Shown: positions 35,739 to 47,765, counted from the first letter of the whole stretch. The stretch: 60,073 bases of DNA, filler included, from Sphacelaria rigidula (GCA_964200075.2; 6 parts of 6 records of this genome joined end to end with filler, not necessarily neighbours in it), one strand, 5' to 3'. The notes: a model not told the origin generated them from the letters alone. Made by a program: numbers and translations.

Positions 35739-36247
35739 GTGAGTTTCGGGGGTTGGAGTGGTTTGTTGATCGCCTGTGTTTGTGTGTTGACGCCTATGTT
35801 TGATCGATTTTTCACTGGGGTTGGCAGTCTTGTGTACTTGTGTGTATGTGTGTGTTTCTCATCGGTATTATGTGGCTTCTTGCTTCGTGGAAGGGTCTTG
35901 GCTTTGTTATGATGAAAACAACGGAAAAATTTGAATAATGAAAGGGCTTACTTGTGTTCCATGGCCGAGTGAATGTGTCGTCAATCGCCAAAACATTTTC
36001 CGTCTGCGTGACGTGACCGTCGGTATTCTTCGCAACTCCCAGAGCGGGCGCATCTACCCAGTAAACGCGTTACGACTCTCGAAATAGATGTCCGTTTGCT
36101 TAAGACGGAAAGAGGACGGCCAGAAGACTTGATGCAGTCGACAAGTTCTCTTATTCTGCCCTGTGCTGTGGTTTATATCTTCGCTACTTTCATTTTTATT
36201 TGCTGATTCATCGGTCTATTATTCGATTTGTTCGTTCGTCCAAGCAG

Positions 36248-36700
36248 GAGGTTCTGGGCGCCAAGCCGTGGGCTGCGGAAACCGACGATTTTCGCATGGG
36301 TTTCCTGCAGGGCGGGGGGTTCTCGCGCGTTATCCAGGTCTTTATGGCGGCGCCTACTGGAGGCGAAGCCGACAGCCGCGATGCCCTGCTGGGCCATGCG
36401 TCTGCTCTTCGCATCCTCAAGATGTGTCTGTTTTATCCGCCCCTGGGCGGAGTAGGTGTTGGTGGCGGTGTAGGGACACGCGCAGGTGGTAGCCGTGGGG
36501 GAACGAGGCTAGCGGCAGGACGGGTCGGGGGCGGCGGGCGGGGGCAGGGCGCAGGAGTGGGGGTGGGGGGAGGGGGGGAGGAGGTGACTTTGCTTGTGAA
36601 CAGGGTGATGCCGGGTGTAGCTCAACCGACCCCTGCCGCGCGTGCCGCGATGCAGGTCTCGGATTCGGACCTCAAGCAGCTGCTAGACAAGCTTGTCCTG
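36248..36700 (+). CDS. USP9X/24/34-like exon (FRMGFLQGGGFSRVIQVF..)
   Basis: aagcag acceptor, CTG|GTGAGG donor, 151 codons; FLxxGG motif. Confidence 0.85.
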
Positions 36701-37056
36701 GTGAGGAACGAGTATTTTTATTGGGGAGCAGGCAGGAGGAAGGAAGCGCGCGCGGGGCGGGGTGTAGGTGCTTGCCGTGAATTTGATAATTTTGCAGAGA
36801 TGGTATTACCTTACTGCTGGCATGTGCTTTTGGCCCGCGCGTGGGGAGGGGGGGGGTAAATGTTCGTGTGATTGAACCTTGATTCGTTCTGTATGAGGGC
36901 AATTTGATGAGAAAATATGTGTGCTGTTTCGTGCTCAATGGTGTTGGGGCACTCTAGCTATTGATGCTTTTGATATCGCAAGGTCCGCGGTATCAACGTT
37001 GTCTTCTCTACGGTGATGTGCAATTGAGTGAATTCACGTTCTGGCCGTTGTCACAG

Positions 37057-37185
37057 GTCTCCTTGGCGGCGCAGCGGCGGTGGATGGAGAGCGTGGCAGC
37101 AGCAGCGGCTGCCTCTAGCGATGACAGCAGCGATTCCATCACTAGCATCAAAGAAGAGAGAGAGGAGGAGAGGTTGTACCGGCAG
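37057..37185 (+). CDS. USP9X/24/34-like exon (VSLAAQRRW..ERLYRQ)
   Basis: tcacag acceptor, CAG|GTACAG donor, 43 codons, phase 0/0. Confidence 0.75.
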
Positions 37186-37919
37186 GTACAGTTTTTCTCT
37201 GAGAGATTGTTGTCGTGGAGAGCTTCTTCCACATGAGAATCACACGCATGCAGTGACCTTATACTGAAGGTGCTGCAAACTATCAGTAAATACTGAAGAT
37301 GAAAAAAAAGTATTTTCTTAGCTCCCGCAACGATCGCATAGATATCGATGCACGGAGCTACATGATAATATTGCGTTTTGTACCCATTGCATTGTACCGT
37401 GTTCCTGCCGTAACCAGAGACACCGTCGCGCCAATCCTGTCACGAAAGTACTGAACCGTACTCTGCTGCGTTGTTGAAACACTTGAACCATGATGCTTAT
37501 GCACCGTGTATTGTCTACATACCGTCGTGCTGTTGTCCATCCCCAGCAAATTGCGAGAGTGACAGACAGCCTGCTGGTTGATGACTCACTACATTGGAAT
37601 GCGTGTCAAACATGGACACCTGTGACTAAACCGTCGTACACACGGAAGATCCCACCTTCTCACCGCCTGTGCGTCGCAACCTTGAAAAACTGCTGTATCC
37701 GACTGCAAGGGTTACCGGTACTCCCCACCAAGCCAGTAATGTGTGCGTGTATCTCAACTGTCGTGCTCGCTGCCTTTGCAATGGATATTGTAGCTGACCG
37801 CCGGTCTGAATATTAGGGCTGGCGTGAAAAGATCTTCAGAAAAACTTCATTCGTGTTTGGTTAAGTTTTGATCGATATCAGCGTCCCGTTCACGACCGGC
37901 AAATCAAACTATTCACCAG

Positions 37920-38135
37920 GTGATGACCGACTGCTTGCTGATCGTGGAAGCTGTTCTGGATGAACACGCTCCCATGATGAAGGCCCTCGCGGACAACGCC
38001 TCCGCCCGAGAGCTAGTCGTCACCACGCTAGCGCGCAATCCCGCAGCACGCTTGCGACGTCAAATGGGACAGCTGCTAATCGGGTTGCGGCCCATGGCGG
38101 GCACTCTGCTGTGCTGGCTCACCGGGGAGTTGCAG
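37920..38135 (+). CDS. USP9X/24/34-like exon (VMTDCLLIVE..LARNPAARLRRQMGQLL..)
   Basis: caccag acceptor, CAG|GTGCGT donor, 72 codons. Confidence 0.8.
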
Positions 38136-38818
38136 GTGCGTTGACGGCGTTACGGTACGATAGTGGTTCTGACCTTTTTTTTTTACAAGAAATAACTGCG
38201 GTTACCCTACATCCTGGCGCCAGTTGTGCACTTGTGTAGCAGCTCTTGCCTCATACCAACGTCTGTCGCGTTAAATGTGCAGCTCTGTTCTAGCCAAGCA
38301 GGTGGTTAGCACGCGACAATATATATGCACTGGTACACTCATGGCGGGTTCAAGCCGAGAGCTCGTTCCTTGTCTATCTTTACTATCGTCGCAGCGAGAG
38401 TACCGGCGTAGAAACCGCACCGTTTTCCCTGCTCTCCTGTGATCTCGCGCAGCAGTATTCTGAGCCCGTCTGCATCCCTTGTTTTTCGTTCCCGAAGCTT
38501 GCCACGTGATGGCGTCCTGCGTGTGCTTGTCACGGGGTGGTGTTCCTAAAACCGTTCAAAGGGCGGTTATGTGATATTTGTTCACTCTTGCCGTCCGGCT
38601 GGTGAATGTTCACCTTAACGTTGCGCGTCCTTTCAAGATGCCATTGTGAGATATTTACTTTTGCCGTCCATTCCGGTTCGGAGATGGTTCTGTCGCAAGT
38701 GTTGCATGAAAAATCCTTTCAGAAACGTGCACTGCCCTGGACAACCCCACTTTTTTTGTAGTCATCCATTCGCGACCCCTGTTGGACTCCCCCCGCACCG
38801 CCCCCTTCACAACATCAG

Positions 38819-39367
38819 GATCTGCCTCTGACCCATAGCGATTGCGACGAGTTCTTCACGACCATGCGAGATATCGTCTTCGAAAATCACGCGCGCAGCA
38901 GGAGTAGCACCGTAACAACCACGCCTTCTTCAGTTGCCATGGCGATGGAATCGCCGCCCTCCTCGTCCCCGACAAGGACGGCCACCTCCATGACACCACC
39001 CGAATCAGCAGTGGTGGCAGCTGTGGACAAGAAAGTAGGAAGAACAGCCGCAGGCCCTTCGTCATCTCTCGGGAGTTCCACGACTTCAACGGTGGAAGTG
39101 AGCGAAGGTGGGGATATGGTTTTAGCGTCCCCGGGCTCGGTGGAGGCAGCGGTGGCCGTCCCGGCTGATGGAGGCGGCGACAACGACAAGAAGGAGCTCG
39201 ACTTGCCCTCGCTTGCTGGAGTGTTGTCCGCCAAGATGATGGCTATGCCCCGCGACGGGCATGGTTCGTGCAAGGCGGTGTTGCAGGGCTGCCTGGAGTT
39301 GCTGAGAGATTTGGTGGAGATTGAGGGACCGGATGGCAGCCTTCTGGATGGCACGGAGCTTGGAGAG
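38819..39367 (+). CDS. USP9X/24/34-like exon (DLPLTHSDCDEFFTTMRD..LQGCLELLRDLV); catalytic domain not in this contig
   Basis: catcag acceptor, GAG|GTACAC donor, 183 codons; CxE(Y/F)F and LxGxLxL motifs that precede the UCH domain in this family. Confidence 0.8.
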
Positions 39368-39898
39368 GTACACTTGAGTACAAGATGGAAGCGGAAATAG
39401 TCTGTAGCAAGCGAATACTCCCGGGCACCAGGAGGGGCTGGTACAGGGAGTAGTTCAATTCATTTTTATTGGTTTGACGTGTTCTTAATCTCGAGTAAAG
39501 CATCATGTGAGGGCGGGTCACAGGGTTGATTCATGTATCCAATATTTTTGTACCGAGCCGGTCCCAGTGCAAATCATCAAGATGTTATATGTCAATATCC
39601 TCGCCTGAGAATTCGCCACCCTCTAAAAATAGGCGCTTCCCTTTGTCCGATACTCTATTGCAATTTTGCCAAGTGGTACCTCTAAGGCTGTCGACTACAG
39701 ACAGGTTATTTTGCTAGCAGTTCCATCTCAGAAACCCTTTCGAACCACCATTGGCTATGCCTCTCCAATTTTTCACCATCTTGCTGACAGCGTTGGCAAT
39801 CTTCATCCCTTTCGTACATAACCCATCTCCCTCCACGTTCCAACGCGCCGTATTCTTCCGAATCAAATCAAGCATGTTACTTCATCCGACCCGCCGTA

Positions 39899-39937
<39 letters not shown>

Positions 39938-40017
39938 ACCACCCAACAAAGAAGCAACCAAAACTTCATTAAATTTTATGGGGGGCCCCCGCCCGCCTCC
40001 CGGGCCGGGGCGGGGGG

Positions 40018-40117
40018 NNNNNNNNNNNNNNNNNNNNNNNNNNNNNNNNNNNNNNNNNNNNTTAATTAATTAANNNNNNNNNNNNNNNNNNNNNNNNNNN
40101 NNNNNNNNNNNNNNNNN
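40018..40117. other. Artificial contig linker
   Basis: 44N-TTAATTAATTAA-44N. Confidence 0.98.
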
Positions 40118-40444
40118 TATCGTTCTCGGCGGCACACCGTTTCCTGGTGGCGTGTGGGGTGCGGGGTGGGGGCGGCGGCGGCGGTGCGCGGTGCGCTATA
40201 AACCGTTTTCCAGTCTGTAAGGCTCCTTGTATATATCCTAGTTGATCATATTGGAATATTACGATATATTGGCGGCGTGATACATATTGGTACCCTTGGA
40301 CTGCACACGTTTTGAGCACTCAAAATATATTGGTGCTCTGAGACTTCAAACATATTGCCCGCCCAATATATGTTTATACCGTGGGATTGCACACATGTTG
40401 TCCCGTCCATAACAAATATACATTTTATTTTATTTTGCTTTGCC

Positions 40445-40685
40445 GAGCCCTGCAGACAGGTGCACTTTTTCACTTGCTTTTAGAGTACGGCGAAAGGGGA
40501 CCATTCCGTCGTTCCCAGAAGCTCTGAGAGGCCAGCATTTGCTCTTAGTTGATTTTAGAGTACGGCGAAACGGGGTCATTCCGTCGTTCCCAGAAGCTCA
40601 GAGAGGCGAGCGTTTGCTCTCACTTGATTTCAGAGTAAAGCGAAATGGGCTCATTTCGTTCTTTCGAGCTCTGACAAGGCAGCAT
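40445..40685. repeat. 75-bp tandem repeat, ~3 units, plus a detached copy at ~40855-40925
   Basis: (t/c)agagta(cg/aa)gcgaaa recurs at 40481, 40556, 40631 and, diverged, 40904. Confidence 0.85.
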
Positions 40686-42329
40686 TACATGATTCCCCTT
40701 CAGGAGGTTTCGGGAGCATCGCCTCCCCGGCAGTGTTCTGCATGGTGTTTTTCGCCTTTTCCCCCTCGCCGTGGCGGTAGACCCTTCGTGCGTCCATCTT
40801 ACACCGCATCCAGGCCTTTCAATCGCTCCGCCGTTTTCTACTTCTGTCAGAATCGTTCTCAGAAGCTCTGAGATGAGACAGGCGCACTTTTTTCAATTGC
40901 TTTTAGAATACGGCCAAACGGGGTCTCTTTGTGACCCTTTGACCGGCGGAGATGCCACCTCTTACCGTATACAGGTCCCGCATTCCTTCGTGGAACCCGT
41001 ATCGTTTTCACTTGAAAATTGAATCGGAATCATGCTCGGTTGGATGGGGTGTGCGGAACGACTCTCCGTCTAATCTCGGCGCACACGGGGAGCATGTTGT
41101 GATCTTGCCCGCATGTCGCATCGTCTCGACTGTACTTCCCTTCTCCTGTCCCTGGACTGCTGTTGTTGTTGCTGCTGCTGCTTCTACTTTGCCACACATG
41201 CGTTTTTTTGGTCATGAGGCACCGGCTTCTATTTTTCATATTTTTGTCGGCAGACGGTCTCTCTGGTGGCTCAGTTGGTAACCCCCAAACCTCATGGCGG
41301 TTGGGTCGTCGGGTCGAACCTCAGTGCAGCCACACGATCTGGAATTTTATCTCACACCATGTCAACAGTGGAATACAGTATGTCGTGAGTAGACAGAATT
41401 CGGTTTCACGGTCGACGAGCAAAGGGGGCCACTGAACCCCTCTCGCGATGAAAACGTAAGGTGACCACCACAGAATTTCCTGTGTTGACCTCCCTCTGTG
41501 TTACACGTAACACACACAACTATCATGCATGGATATCGCATGGTCTCGACTTCACTTCATTTGTACTGTTTGAACCCTTTTGGAACCGGAATCCCACAAA
41601 CATGTGGTTTGCAGCTAGGGGCGTTTCCATGAATCGGCAATATATATTTTTGGAAACGATTTAAAATGATGTCGATGCATACAAAGGCCCCTCGGTGCAA
41701 ACCACATGTTTCTGGGAATCCGGTCCCAAAAGGGTCAATCCTTTGAGCGGTAGGGTAGATCATCTGGGCCATGCTGTACTTTGTGAAGTCCAAGTAGCTG
41801 ATGCCGATTTAACAACAGATAACCTATCATTGCGATCAAACGGTAAAATTCGTTGCCGCTATATGGGTTCTTGGTTTACGGGGGCGGTCAGTTCCTCAGG
41901 TGCACTTTTGATTGTGATGCGCTGTGTTGAGCCTTCGTACGTACTCATCATCCATGTTGCTCTTCGGGCTGAAAACGAAACAATACATTTTTTTTTTTAA
42001 ATTATGAAATCGGCATCGATTTGACATGAAAATCGAACCGGCATCATGCTCATGAAACAATCAGAAGACACGACAAAATTTTCCCGCCGCTTTCCATCAA
42101 CCATTTGACGGCGAGAAAATCCGGTAATCTGTTGAAATGGCATCGATTTCACTCAAAAAAAGTATCCATGATCCAGATTTGCTACCGTGCTCAGCGCATG
42201 AGCTGCTGCGACTTCTTCTCCAAACTACGCATGACCTTTGCCATTACACAAAGCACACAGCTATCACCGGTGCTCATGTACCTTGGCTGTCGATCCACTG
42301 ATCGTGGCGGCGAAGCCGCAGAAACTCTT

Positions 42330-42700
42330 GTATATATACATTGGGGCAGTGTGAACGAAGACATATTGCACGATTAATGTATATCAGGGTCGCATTGGTG
42401 AGAACATATGGACAGGTCAAAATATATTGGGGCTGCGTGGGTGCCAATATATTGGCCGGTCAATATATGTTGGGGCCGTACGGGTGCGAATACATTGCCC
42501 GGTCAGGGTATCAGTACAGGTATATATATCGGGGTAGCGTGTGTTACAACATGTCACCCACCCAGTATACATTGGTGGGTGCATCGATGTCGAGTATGTA
42601 TATGTTTCACGGCACCATATTATTGAAGTACTGTACTCTGCCGCATCCTGAAAGTCAATACGCCCAACAAATATTTTATTCCGTGTAATTCAGTAAGCAA
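42330..42700. repeat. ATATATTG/CAATATA motif-rich array
   Basis: Dense atatattg/caatatat copies; same motif at 40220-40430, 43740-43870 and 44170-45040. Confidence 0.65.
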
Positions 42701-43276
42701 ATAATTAAATATTTTGTTGGCGTGCAGGATGTCTATAGGAGAGCCATTTAAATCATTCCGGGAAAAAAACAGTAGGCGAGAGTATTGCGTCGTCCCTTCG
42801 GTATATTTTGGAGTAGTTTTTCAAGGGAAAGGTATCTTGGCTGACCCTTTGGCTGTGAGGTTACGTTCGCTGATGAATCGGCATCGCTTCTACTTGAAGC
42901 AATGCAGTGACCCAGGAGCGGCAAACAAACCAGGAACGCGGGAGGTATTTCAAACTCGAAGTTCCGGTATTATTTTACTGTAAATTACTTGAATAATTAA
43001 CGGGAGCCTAGAGTTTGAGATACCTCTGTTGTGTACGAGCTAGTCAGCCTTCAGGGTGTGTACTACGTTGTGGCTGTCAGCTAAAAAAGTAGTGAATGGA
43101 TGCCTGCTGCTCACGGAAAAACATACACATGTGGCTCTTAGCTGCTCACGGGAAAACATGTATTTGTGGCTCTCTGCCCTCTACAGACCACCCACCAATC
43201 CTCCTCCCTCCGCCGTATATCGAACGAGCAAGGTAACCGTTTATATATAGAAAAAGACAGTCGAAAACAGTAGAAC

Positions 43277-43652
43277 ATGGACGCATTTTTTTGTTAAGCT
43301 GGTCGGCCGACCGCTAGTGGCGGGTATGGTGGTGGTTCGACAAGGTCAGACAATAGGGGCAGTCGTGGGAGCTCGCAGGGGTCAAGGGACGATGACTGTG
43401 CCGTCCTGCCGCGTCAACCGGTTGCAGCAACCCGTTTGCTGGAGGCCGTCAAGACCGCAATCGCCAACATCGCGGTCCTGCAGGGACATCGGCTCCGCAA
43501 GGTGCCGCCAACCTCGAAGGCCGTGCGATATTTCAAGTATGGTGTGCGCTCAGAAGAAGATCCAGACACGATGGATGCCGGAGCCCGTGCAGATTCGGAA
43601 AAGCTCAAAAGGAAGCCGCAGAAGTTCGCATGCAATGCTACGGAGATTTGTC
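43277..43652 (+). pseudogene. Possible first exon of a hAT-type transposase (start of a BED-finger-like motif), with an early in-frame TAA
   Basis: MDAFFC*AGRPTASGG...PPTSKAVRYFKYGV...KFACNATEIC then GTATGA donor; flanked by ATATATTG-rich arrays. Confidence 0.35.
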
Positions 43653-43909
43653 GTATGAGTTTGATATATATCTTGACGCGGGTCGATACGTGCCTTCTGG
43701 TACCCCATTGGTCACCGGTGCTGCGTTGCTTATACCCTGGCAACACAATATGTTCCAAAATGATACCAATACTTTATATTGGAGACGGCGCAAGTATTGT
43801 CGTTTCAATATATATATATATTGTGTTGAGATGTTCTCGGAGACATTGAAGCAACGAAACATATTCCTCGTGTCGTGATCACGAAGTAATACATTATTGC
43901 ACAAACTAG

Positions 43910-44166
43910 CACACGTCGGACAGCTCATGAGCTACCCGGAATAACTAATCGAAGAAGACTCCCAAATCTCTTGTCCAACAACACAAAGTACGAGACAGCA
44001 GGGTGCGAGAAGCCCAAGCACTACCTTTGCGCTTCGCCGCGTGCTCCATGTCCAGTGCTGTAGAGAGCTATTATGGGAATAGGGCCCGAAGGAACTAACT
44101 CATGATCCGGATCAGCACACTAACAAGAAGTAATTTTCAGGTAGCTCATGAGCTGTCCAATTTGTG
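43910..44166. mobile_element. MITE (~257 bp) with CAC...GTG termini
   Basis: TIR cacacgtcggacagctcatgagctacc / ggtagctcatgagctgtccaatttgtg; imperfect 8-bp flanks caaactag/caaaccat; second copy 49242-49501. Confidence 0.8.
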
Positions 44167-44169
44167 CAA

Positions 44170-45040
44170 ACCATATTGGACATGTATTTACTCCGGGAAC
44201 GAAACATTCAATATGTATATTGTGCATGTCGGCCGTGTATGTATTGAAGTGTCAGTATATATTGAGTCGAAGCGATGCGTCACATAGTGTTCCCTTCATA
44301 TATGTTGAACACAAACCATGCAAAAGTATCGTTGTTCCAATATGTATTGCACACGCTCATCGCATGCCTATTGTGCAGCCAATATACATTGGACACGTTC
44401 GCGAAGGAATATGTTGAGCGTTTTCGGCATCTCGTGATACATCTTTCAATGGTGCCCGTAAACATAAAACTCCCCATCATTCTAATTCCTGTACACTTTC
44501 CAATCTACATATTGAGTAATCAATATATATATATATATTGCTACACCAATATGTATTGTGACGATCGGTTACCTCGTGTATTGTCCGCCCAATATATAAC
44601 AATGATATATTGGACGCACCTACTCACGAGGTATTGGGGCGGCAATATATATTGGCGGTTCGGGTGTCGAGTATATTGAATCATCAGTATATTTTGTCCT
44701 CGTGTGGCAACCAATATATTACTACACAATTATTCATTGGCGCCTTACCGCACGAACATATTACTTGGCCAGAATATATTGAGGTGGCGCGTGCCGTGAT
44801 ATATTGTTCGGTCGATTTATACAATATTGCACATTGCATGTTGCGAGCCTTGACATATTGGACACAATATATATTGACCTGTCTCTCGTGCCCTTATATT
44901 GCTCACCCATCGTATATTGACCACCCGACGCGTCGACATATTGATCTTGCAATATATAGTACATATTATTTTGTGTTGTCCTGGGTGTGGTATATTGGCA
45001 CGCTCCTGTATTCGCCCTGGGGTCATTCTGTATTGGGTAA
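44170..45040. repeat. ATATATTG/CAATATA motif-rich array
   Basis: Dozens of (a/g)tatattg and caatata motifs in both orientations. Confidence 0.75.
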
Positions 45041-45285
45041 AGGAATGGACTGTCTCCCTCGCATGGTTTCATCCCATTTTTTTGCTTGAGCGCACGTCGT
45101 TTGCCAAGGCCGAGGTGTCCTTCTGTGTGCCCGTTTCGCTTTTGTCTGTAATTGTGACACTCATGCTTGCGCTGTGCCCTTCCTTTTGACTTTTGTTTTT
45201 GCTATCGCCTCGTCTAAATGTGCCGTGCCATTTTTCTGTGTGTACGTTCGCTATCGTTGTTATGCTTCCGAATTTCGCGACTCAG

Positions 45286-45365
45286 AGGAGGAGTTCAAAA
45301 AGAACGTCGCCCAGTTGGCGGAAATCGAAGATTTCGATCTCAATGACTTCCACGCTCTGATCGAG
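45286..45365 (+). CDS. Internal exon of unknown protein (EEFKKNVAQLAEIEDFDLNDFHALIE)
   Basis: actcag acceptor after pyrimidine-rich tract, GAG|GTGTGT donor; phase-0 join to 47024. Confidence 0.6.
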
Positions 45366-45434
45366 GTGTGTTGTGTACCGTACGTTTTTAGATGATGTAC
45401 TCACGATCATGCATGCCAATGTTATAAGACCATT

Positions 45435-45697
45435 GACCTCGCATCCCTACAAGCGGGGACGGAGCACGTCGGGTTGTCGCCGGACCAGGCTTGCACTCAA
45501 TCACCAAGCGCGAAGCGCCGTGGTGTGTTTGGCGAGTCGCATGAAGGGTGAGCGGCATCCTGCTAAGATTTGTCCGGCCTGAAGCCTACTGATTATCTTG
45601 CACTTGTATGACAGCCTGCAATGAGTTGCTTCATTTTCTGTTATCGCCACTTCTAGAGACAGCCCCGGCTTATTTACTGCCTCATCAGTGTCTCACC
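45435..45697 (+). repeat. Interspersed repeat family (~260+ bp)
   Basis: Reverse-complement copies at 49820-50045 and 50146-50275 (caccaagcgcgaagcgc..agtcgcatgaagg..gcatcc). Confidence 0.9.
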
Positions 45698-46259
45698 ATT
45701 CAAACACTACGTAGTATGATCACCCCCTTTGTGCGAGGTGATGGAGCGAGTAAAAGGTCACTTTATCCTAACATGCCCACCATGATTTTCGTGAGCGTTT
45801 GCTCGTACACTGTACGTTCTGGACCTTCTGGAAGCGTGTTTGTGGCAACTTACCTTCGTCAGTGATCTGGGATAGATGTGCGTGTACCGTGTGTACCGCA
45901 CGTGATGAAGCCAGCAAAAAGACGCGAACCTCGATTTTTTTCACGGCCTGAGAGGTCGTCGTATGCCACATTTACCGTATGTGACGTTGCCACGAGGTTT
46001 TTAATTCGCCAATGTTCCACTCTAGCTGTGTGTGAGCCCTGCATGTAGGGTAGCTCTGGCCGGCTGTCATGAAGCGGCTGTTGTGAAGTACTGTTTGGGT
46101 GAGTCGATAACGGTAGCGTAGGTTGCATCTTTCAATGACTATTTTTAGCCCCCTTTTTTTGTGTGGAACACTACAGGGCTAGTGCCGCCATCGTTCGATC
46201 CTTACAGAGGGGTCGCCCAGATGTGACTAGAGTGTAGGCTACGACAGCACCAGGTCTGT

Positions 46260-46985
46260 CCGTTCGACCATGTGAACACGGACGGGGGGGGGGGGCGTAT
46301 TCATTTGTGCTTGCCTTAGTCATTTGACCGTTGACCACGCATCCCTTTCAGGGCGGAGCGGGGGGGGGGAAAGGGGAGGGTCAGACCCGTAATCTACTCA
46401 CGTGCAGCATGCCGTGACGTGTGCTCGTAGAGAAGAACAGACGGCGTTGACTTCCACTGCGCAGGGCGAATTACCCAAGGCTTTTATATTCATGCCGCTT
46501 TCAAGGTAGCAAGACTGCAGCAATACCCTGTGTCGCCCTTGTCAGTATGATCGACATGTCAATCAACGCCATACAGCCTGGAGAGTGTCGTGCCGTCGTC
46601 TTACACGTCCTCATCCGATCACTCTTCCCACCCCCAAGTCTCGAAAAGGATGCGTGGTAAATAGTCAATCGACTAAGGCAAGCAACAAATAAGTAACCCA
46701 CCCCCCACCCCACACCCCCACCACCAACCGCAAACCAGCGGAAAAACGAAACCAAAACCGCCCCCCGAACGGCNNNNNNNNNNCAAGTCTCGAAAAGGAG
46801 GCGGGGTAAATAGTCAATCGACCAAGGCAAAAAAAAAAAAAGTCCCCCCCCCCCCCCCGTCACATTGACACGACTAAGGCAAGCAAGAAATGAGTACGCC
46901 CCCACCTCCCGTCTCGAAAGGGATGCGTGGTCAATGGTCAAGAAACTATGGCAAGCAACGATATGAGTACCCCCCCACCCCCGGT
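46260..46985. repeat. Cluster of GACTAAGGCAAGCAA(C/G)AAATGAGTAC-poly(C) repeats
   Basis: One reverse and about four forward copies; family also at ~1556-1612, ~32460-32525 and ~49765-49810. Confidence 0.85.
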
Positions 46986-47023
46986 GTTGTCGTTATATTG
47001 TTGTCTCATGCCCGTGCGCGCAG

Positions 47024-47194
47024 GCCCCGCTAAGCAAATGGACAGCTAAAATGCCGTGGAACAGTAAGATGGATGAACTCGTCACCATGAAGAAGCAGAA
47101 GGAAATACTGGACTGCATACCACCAGCTCAAAGGGCGAAGCCCGCATTAATTCGGGAGCGCCAGAAAGCGGCCATCGCGGAAAAGGCACAGTGC
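47024..47194 (+). CDS. Internal exon of the same unknown protein (APLSKWTAKMPWNSKMDELVTMKKQKEILDCIPPAQR..)
   Basis: cgcgcag acceptor; donor GTAAGT at 47195 or GTGCGT at 47191. Confidence 0.6.
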
Positions 47195-47489
47195 GTAAGT
47201 TGTCTTTACCCGTTGAAGCAATGGCGGTGGACGTGCTGTCCAGAGTATTTGTCTTGCTACTAACTTTGCTCGCTTTGAGACTCTTGCCATTGATTTGGAT
47301 GCGCCAAGAAGATTGACGAACGCTGCGCGACTGTATTCTACGTTCTACACGGAACTCTCTGTATGCTGTAACCTCTTGTATGTACTACGAGGAACTGAAG
47401 CACTCTTGCTCTCGAACGAAGCTTCTCAGATCAATTAGTTATCCCGTTTTTTTCAAGTCTTGCAGAAGAGTATGATGATTGTATCACCG

Positions 47490-47765
47490 CCGCGCCCTGG
47501 TCGTCTAACTGGTTCAACCGAACCCTGTTACGGCCAAAGGTTGAGCTTTTGGATTTCGGAATATGCATTTTTTTTTTTAATATTCTGATCTCCATCGTGA
47601 AAAAGGTGAGAAAAAAAGTGTACTCTACGAGAGTCGATGCAGTGCGGGGGTGTTGGTCATGATCCAAATCCGCGATATCGAAATGCAAGGCGTTTGCCGG
47701 GGGAGAGATGGGTTGATCACTCGACACCATGGACTCGTCCTGCGGAAAGAAAGGGGTTCAAAGTG
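47490..47765 (+). mobile_element. SINE-like repeat copy
   Basis: tRNA-like head gcgccctggtcgtctaactggttc, T-run, acgagagtcgatgcagtgcgg and core tgcaaggc..ggggttcaaagt. Confidence 0.55.

Noticed and set aside
33643..35815. Antisense and alternative-frame ORFs over the USP exons (also over 25531-27357, 11925-12643, 17857-18454)
   Set aside because: Shadow ORFs expected in GC-rich coding or low-complexity sequence; no independent signals.
47490..47570. tRNA gene
   Set aside because: Only a tRNA-like 5' portion; no complete cloverleaf or intact T-arm; attached to a repeat core. Same for 48880-49020.
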